Shown piece by piece: positions 60,398 to 64,000 of a stretch of DNA of 64,000 nt. Both the position numbers and the translations under genes were made by a program. The notes under the pieces are model-generated. The model was given only the letters and a program-made list of their open reading frames with translations, ran no database searches and was not told where the DNA came from. Within the stretch, counting starts at the first letter, position 1. Each line of letters starts with the position of its first letter. The DNA is from Gammaproteobacteria bacterium (GTDB lineage Bacteria; Pseudomonadota; Gammaproteobacteria; Steroidobacterales; Rariloculaceae), in assembly GCA_036381515.1 (NCBI GenBank), contig DASVCR010000054.1:6811-70810 (forward strand). The letters run 5' to 3'.

Positions 60398-61271
60398 ATG
60401 GACATCAAACCGGCATTGGTCAAAGAGCTCCGCGAGCGTACCGGCGCGGGGATGATGGATTGCAAGAAGGCGCTCGTCGACGCGAACGGCGACATCGACG
60501 CGGCGGCCGAGCTGCTGCGCAAGTCCGGCCAGGCGAAGGCCGACAAGAAGGCCTCGCGCGTCGCGGCCGAGGGCGCGGTGCTCGTCAGGAGCGGCACCGG
60601 ACGGCATGCGATCGTCGAGGTGAACTCGGAGACCGACTTCGTCGCGAAGGACGAGAACTTCCGCGCCTTCGCAGAGAAGGTCGCGGACGCCGTGCTCGCG
60701 CACGCGCCGCGCGACGTCGACGCGCTGATGCAGCTCGACGCCGGAGGCGAGACGTTCGACGAGGCGCGCCGCGCGCTGATCGCGAAGGTCGGCGAGAACA
60801 TCGGCGTGCGCCGCTTCGACGTGCTCGAGACGACGAATCCCGTCGGCACGTACGTGCACATGGGCCGCATCGGCGTGCTCGTCGAGATCGAGGGCGGCAA
60901 CGACGAGCTCGCGCGCGATCTCGCGATGCAGGTCGCCGCGACGTCGCCGCGCTACGTCTCCGCGGACGACGTCCCCGCGGAGGAGGTCGAGAAGGAGCGC
61001 GAGATCTTCCGCGCGCAGGCGGAGCAGGAGGGCAAGCCCGCCCAGATCATCGAGAAGATGGTCGAGGGGCGGCTTCGGAAGCAGCTCGACGAGATCACGC
61101 TGCTCGGGCAGCCGTTCGTCAAGGATCCGGACAAGCGCGTGCGCGATCTGCTGAAGGCGTCGAACGCGAAAGTCGTGAGGTTCCTGCGGTACGGGCTCGG
61201 CGAAGGCATCGAGAAGAAATAAAGTCGACTTCGCCGAGGAGGTCATGGCGCAGGCTTCGCAGAACCGCTAA
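60398..61271 (+). CDS. tsf: Elongation factor Ts; stop at 61222, conserved C-terminus in the +1 frame to 61271
   Basis: VKELRERTGAGMMDCKKAL, EVNSETDFVA, GEGIEKK* then +1 frame VDFAEEVMAQASQNR*. Confidence 0.95.
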
Positions 61272-61355
61272 TCTATTCAGTGAGGCAGCGGCGTCGACGC
61301 GGCGCTCGACAGGAGGTCGTCCGCCGCGTCCCGATGCGAACCTGAGCGAGCCACG

Positions 61356-62105
61356 ATGAGCGAAGGCGAGCCCGCCTATCGAAGGATCCTGCTGAAGCTG
61401 AGCGGCGAGGCGCTGCTGGGCAAGCAGCAATACGGTATCGACCCCGACGTCATCTCCCGCATCGCGACCGAGGTCGCCGAGGTCGCGCGCCTCGGCGTCG
61501 AGGTCGGGCTCGTGATCGGCGGCGGCAACATCTTCCGCGGCGCCGGCCTCGCGGAAGCGGGCATGGACCGCGTGACGGCCGATCACATGGGCATGCTCGC
61601 GACGATCATCAACGCGCTTGCGCTGCAGGACGCGCTCGAGCGCCGCGGGGTCACCGCGCGCACGATGTCCGCGCTGCAGGTCCACGAGGTCTGCGAGGAC
61701 TACATCCGTCGCCGGGCGATCCGCCACCTCGAGAAGGGGCGCATCGTGATCTTCGCGGCCGGCACCGGCAATCCGTTCTTCACGACGGACACGGCCGCGA
61801 GCCTTCGCGCGATCGAGATCGGCGCGGACGTGCTGATCAAGGCGACGAAGGTCGACGGCGTCTATTCGGCCGATCCGATGAAGGATCCGACCGCCGTTCG
61901 CTACCGCAGCCTGTCGTACGATCAGGTCCTGTCCGACAAGCTGCGGGTCATGGACGCGACCGCGATCGTGATGTGCCGCGACAACGACCTGCCGCTCGTC
62001 GTCTTCAATCTCAACAATCCCGGCGACCTGGTCCGCCTCGTCCGCGGACATCCTGTCGGTACCGCGGTCGGGAACCGGTTGCCGATGACCGGAACGAGCT
62101 CATGA
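61356..62105 (+). CDS. pyrH: UMP kinase
   Basis: [38 protein letters not shown]. Confidence 0.98.
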   Translation: MSEGEPAYRRILLKLSGEALLGKQQYGIDPDVISRIATEVAEVARLGVEVGLVIGGGNIFRGAGLAEAGMDRVTADHMGMLATIINALALQDALERRGVTARTMSALQVHEVCEDYIRRRAIRHLEKGRIVIFAAGTGNPFFTTDTAASLRAIEIGADVLIKATKVDGVYSADPMKDPTAVRYRSLSYDQVLSDKLRVMDATAIVMCRDNDLPLVVFNLNNPGDLVRLVRGHPVGTAVGNRLPMTGTSS

Positions 62106-62659
62106 TCGCCGACGTAAAAAAGGATGCGGAGCACCGCATGCAGAAATCGATCGAGGCCCTCCGGGAGGAGCTCCGGCGGCTGCGCACGGGGCGGGCGCAT
62201 ACCGGGCTGCTCGATCACATCACGGTCGAGTACTACGGCTCCGAGGTGCCGATCTCGCAGACCGCGACGGTCACCGTCGAGGATTCGCGCACGCTTGCGG
62301 TGTCGCCGTGGGAGAAGTCGATGGTGCCGGCGATCGAGAAGGCGATCCTGAACTCGGATCTCGGCCTCACGCCGGTGTCGGCGGGCAGCGTGATCCGCGT
62401 GCCGCTGCCCGCGATGACCGAGGAGCGGCGCAAGGACCTCGTGAAGGTCGTCCGCCACGAGGGCGAGAACGCGAAGGTCGCGATTCGCAACGTCCGTCGC
62501 GACGCGCTGAGCAGCCTGAAGGAGCTGCTGAAGGAAAAGCAGATCACCGAGGACGACGATCGCCGTGCCCACGACGAAATCCAGAAACTCACGGACCGCT
62601 ACGTGGCCCAGGTCGACGCGCTTCTGAAGGAAAAAGAAGCCGAGATCATGGAGTTCTAG
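62102..62659 (+). CDS. frr: Ribosome recycling factor
   Basis: [38 protein letters not shown]. Confidence 0.98.
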   Translation: MIADVKKDAEHRMQKSIEALREELRRLRTGRAHTGLLDHITVEYYGSEVPISQTATVTVEDSRTLAVSPWEKSMVPAIEKAILNSDLGLTPVSAGSVIRVPLPAMTEERRKDLVKVVRHEGENAKVAIRNVRRDALSSLKELLKEKQITEDDDRRAHDEIQKLTDRYVAQVDALLKEKEAEIMEF

Positions 62660-62669
62660 GACCGCCTGG

Positions 62670-63428
62670 ATGGTGGCTCGGGCGGCCCGGCCTGACGACG
62701 GGCAGGCGTTACCGCGGCACGTCGCCGTCATCATGGACGGCAACGGCCGCTGGGCGCGCCGGCGCGGGCTGCCGCGCAAGGCCGGTCATCGGGCCGGCAT
62801 CAAGCCGGTGCGCGCGACCGTCGAGTACTGCGCCGAGCGCGGCGTCGAGGTCCTGACGCTGTTCGCGTTCTCGAGCGAGAACTGGCGCCGGCCCGCGGAC
62901 GAGGTCAGCGGCCTGATGGCGCTCCTCGTCGACGCGATCGAGCGCGAGGTCGCGGAGCTCGATGCGAACGCGATCCGGCTGCGCTTCATCGGCGACCTCG
63001 CGAGGCTCGGACCGCAGCTCCGCGACGCGATGCTCGCGGCGGAGGCGCGGACGCGGGCGAACACGCGGATGACGCTCGTCGTCGCCGTCGCGTACGGCGG
63101 GCGCTGGGATCTGACGCAGGCCGCACGCCGCCTCGCGGCGGAAGCGGCGGCCGGGCGGCTCGACCCCGCCGACATCGACGAGGCGTGCGTCGCGGCCGCG
63201 CTCGCGACCGGCGGCCTGCCGAGCGTCGATCTCCTGATCCGCAGCGGCGGCGAGCAGCGCATCAGCAACTTCCTGCTGTGGGACATCGCGTACAGCGAGG
63301 TGTACTTCTCGAGCCTCCTGTGGCCCGAGTTCGATGCGGCGGAGCTCGGCCGGGCCTTCGAGTTCTACGCGCAGCGGCAGCGGCGGTTCGGGCGAACCGG
63401 GGAGCAGGTCGAGGCCGTCCGTTGCTGA
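62670..63428 (+). CDS. uppS: Undecaprenyl diphosphate synthase
   Basis: HVAVIMDGNGRWA, FAFSSENWRRP, YGGRWD, RSGGEQRISNFLLW. Confidence 0.97.
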   Translation: MVARAARPDDGQALPRHVAVIMDGNGRWARRRGLPRKAGHRAGIKPVRATVEYCAERGVEVLTLFAFSSENWRRPADEVSGLMALLVDAIEREVAELDANAIRLRFIGDLARLGPQLRDAMLAAEARTRANTRMTLVVAVAYGGRWDLTQAARRLAAEAAAGRLDPADIDEACVAAALATGGLPSVDLLIRSGGEQRISNFLLWDIAYSEVYFSSLLWPEFDAAELGRAFEFYAQRQRRFGRTGEQVEAVRC

Positions 63429-64000
63429 TCCAGCGTTTCGTCACCGGGGCGATCTTCGGGATCGTCGTCATCGCGGCCGTGCTGTGGCTGCCGACGGAGG
63501 GCGCCGCCGCCGTGCTCGCGCTGCTGTTCGTCGCGGGCGCGTGGGAGTGGGCCGGGCTCGCGCGCCTCGCCCCGGCGTGGCGCGCGGCCTACGCTGCGGT
63601 GTTCGCCGCGCTCGTCGCGAGCGGCACGTGGTGGGCGGACGACCGCGGCGTCGTCACGGCGCTCGTCGCCGTCGCGATGCTCGGCTGGCTCGTCGCGCTC
63701 GGCGCGGTGCTGACGTACCCGCGGCCGCTGCCGCTCGCTGCGGTCGGGGCGTCCGGGTTCGCCGCGCTGCTGCCGCCGTGGGCCGCGCTCGTCTACCTGC
63801 ACGGCGCGGACGCGGCAGGCCCCGGGCTCGTGCTTACCGTATTCGCGATCGTCTGGTCCGCGGACAGCGGTGCGTTCTTCACCGGCCGTGCGCTCGGCCG
63901 GCACAAGCTCGCGCCGAAGGTGAGCCCGGGCAAGACCTGGGAGGGCGTCGCGGGAGGCGTGCTCCTCGCCGGCATCGTGGCCGGCGCGGCCGGCTACGTT
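63422..64000 (+). CDS. cdsA: Phosphatidate cytidylyltransferase (partial, runs off the window)
   Basis: TTG start MLIQRFVTG..., AWEW, VWSADSGAFFTGRALGRHKLAPKVSPGKTWEG. Confidence 0.93.
   Translation, partial: MLIQRFVTGAIFGIVVIAAVLWLPTEGAAAVLALLFVAGAWEWAGLARLAPAWRAAYAAVFAALVASGTWWADDRGVVTALVAVAMLGWLVALGAVLTYPRPLPLAAVGASGFAALLPPWAALVYLHGADAAGPGLVLTVFAIVWSADSGAFFTGRALGRHKLAPKVSPGKTWEGVAGGVLLAGIVAGAAGYV

Overview
High-GC bacterial chromosome segment. The gene order glnD-map / t44-rpsB-tsf-pyrH-frr-uppS-cdsA suggests a Gammaproteobacterium (inference). The left arm (1-17.1 kb) is core genes: adenylate cyclase-FHA, pckG, yoaA/dinG, tsaB, phoB-phoR-phoU-dsbB, dapE and pstSCAB. It is punctuated by palindromic repeats and an HUH (Y1, RAYT-like) transposase gene flanked on both sides by those repeats. 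The middle (about 17.1-52.5 kb) is accessory. It holds sugar-acid catabolism genes, a DUF6152 pair, a GST/SDR/LysR/HxlR patch, a CouR-type hydroxycinnamate-to-4-hydroxybenzoate cluster with pobA/pobR, a DUF1592-DUF1552-ankyrin operon, a PecS/PecM-like module, an orphan hpaB, and two stretches of gene fragments. The right arm (52.5-64 kb) is core: EamA, dapD, a GlcG-like gene, glnD, map and the rpsB-tsf-pyrH-frr-uppS-cdsA cluster. The most striking unexplained structure is the repeat system. Two palindromic unit types (GTGTC-W-GACAC and GGGGTC-A-GAGCCC) share a 29-bp spacing. They form perfect hairpin doublets right after stop codons, bracket the Y1 transposase, and build a gene-less ~575-bp inverted-repeat element ending 2 bp before the putative Pho box of phoB. 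Also notable: tsf has a premature stop, with its conserved C-terminal segment in the +1 frame. All protein calls come from motif recognition by eye; no searches were run.
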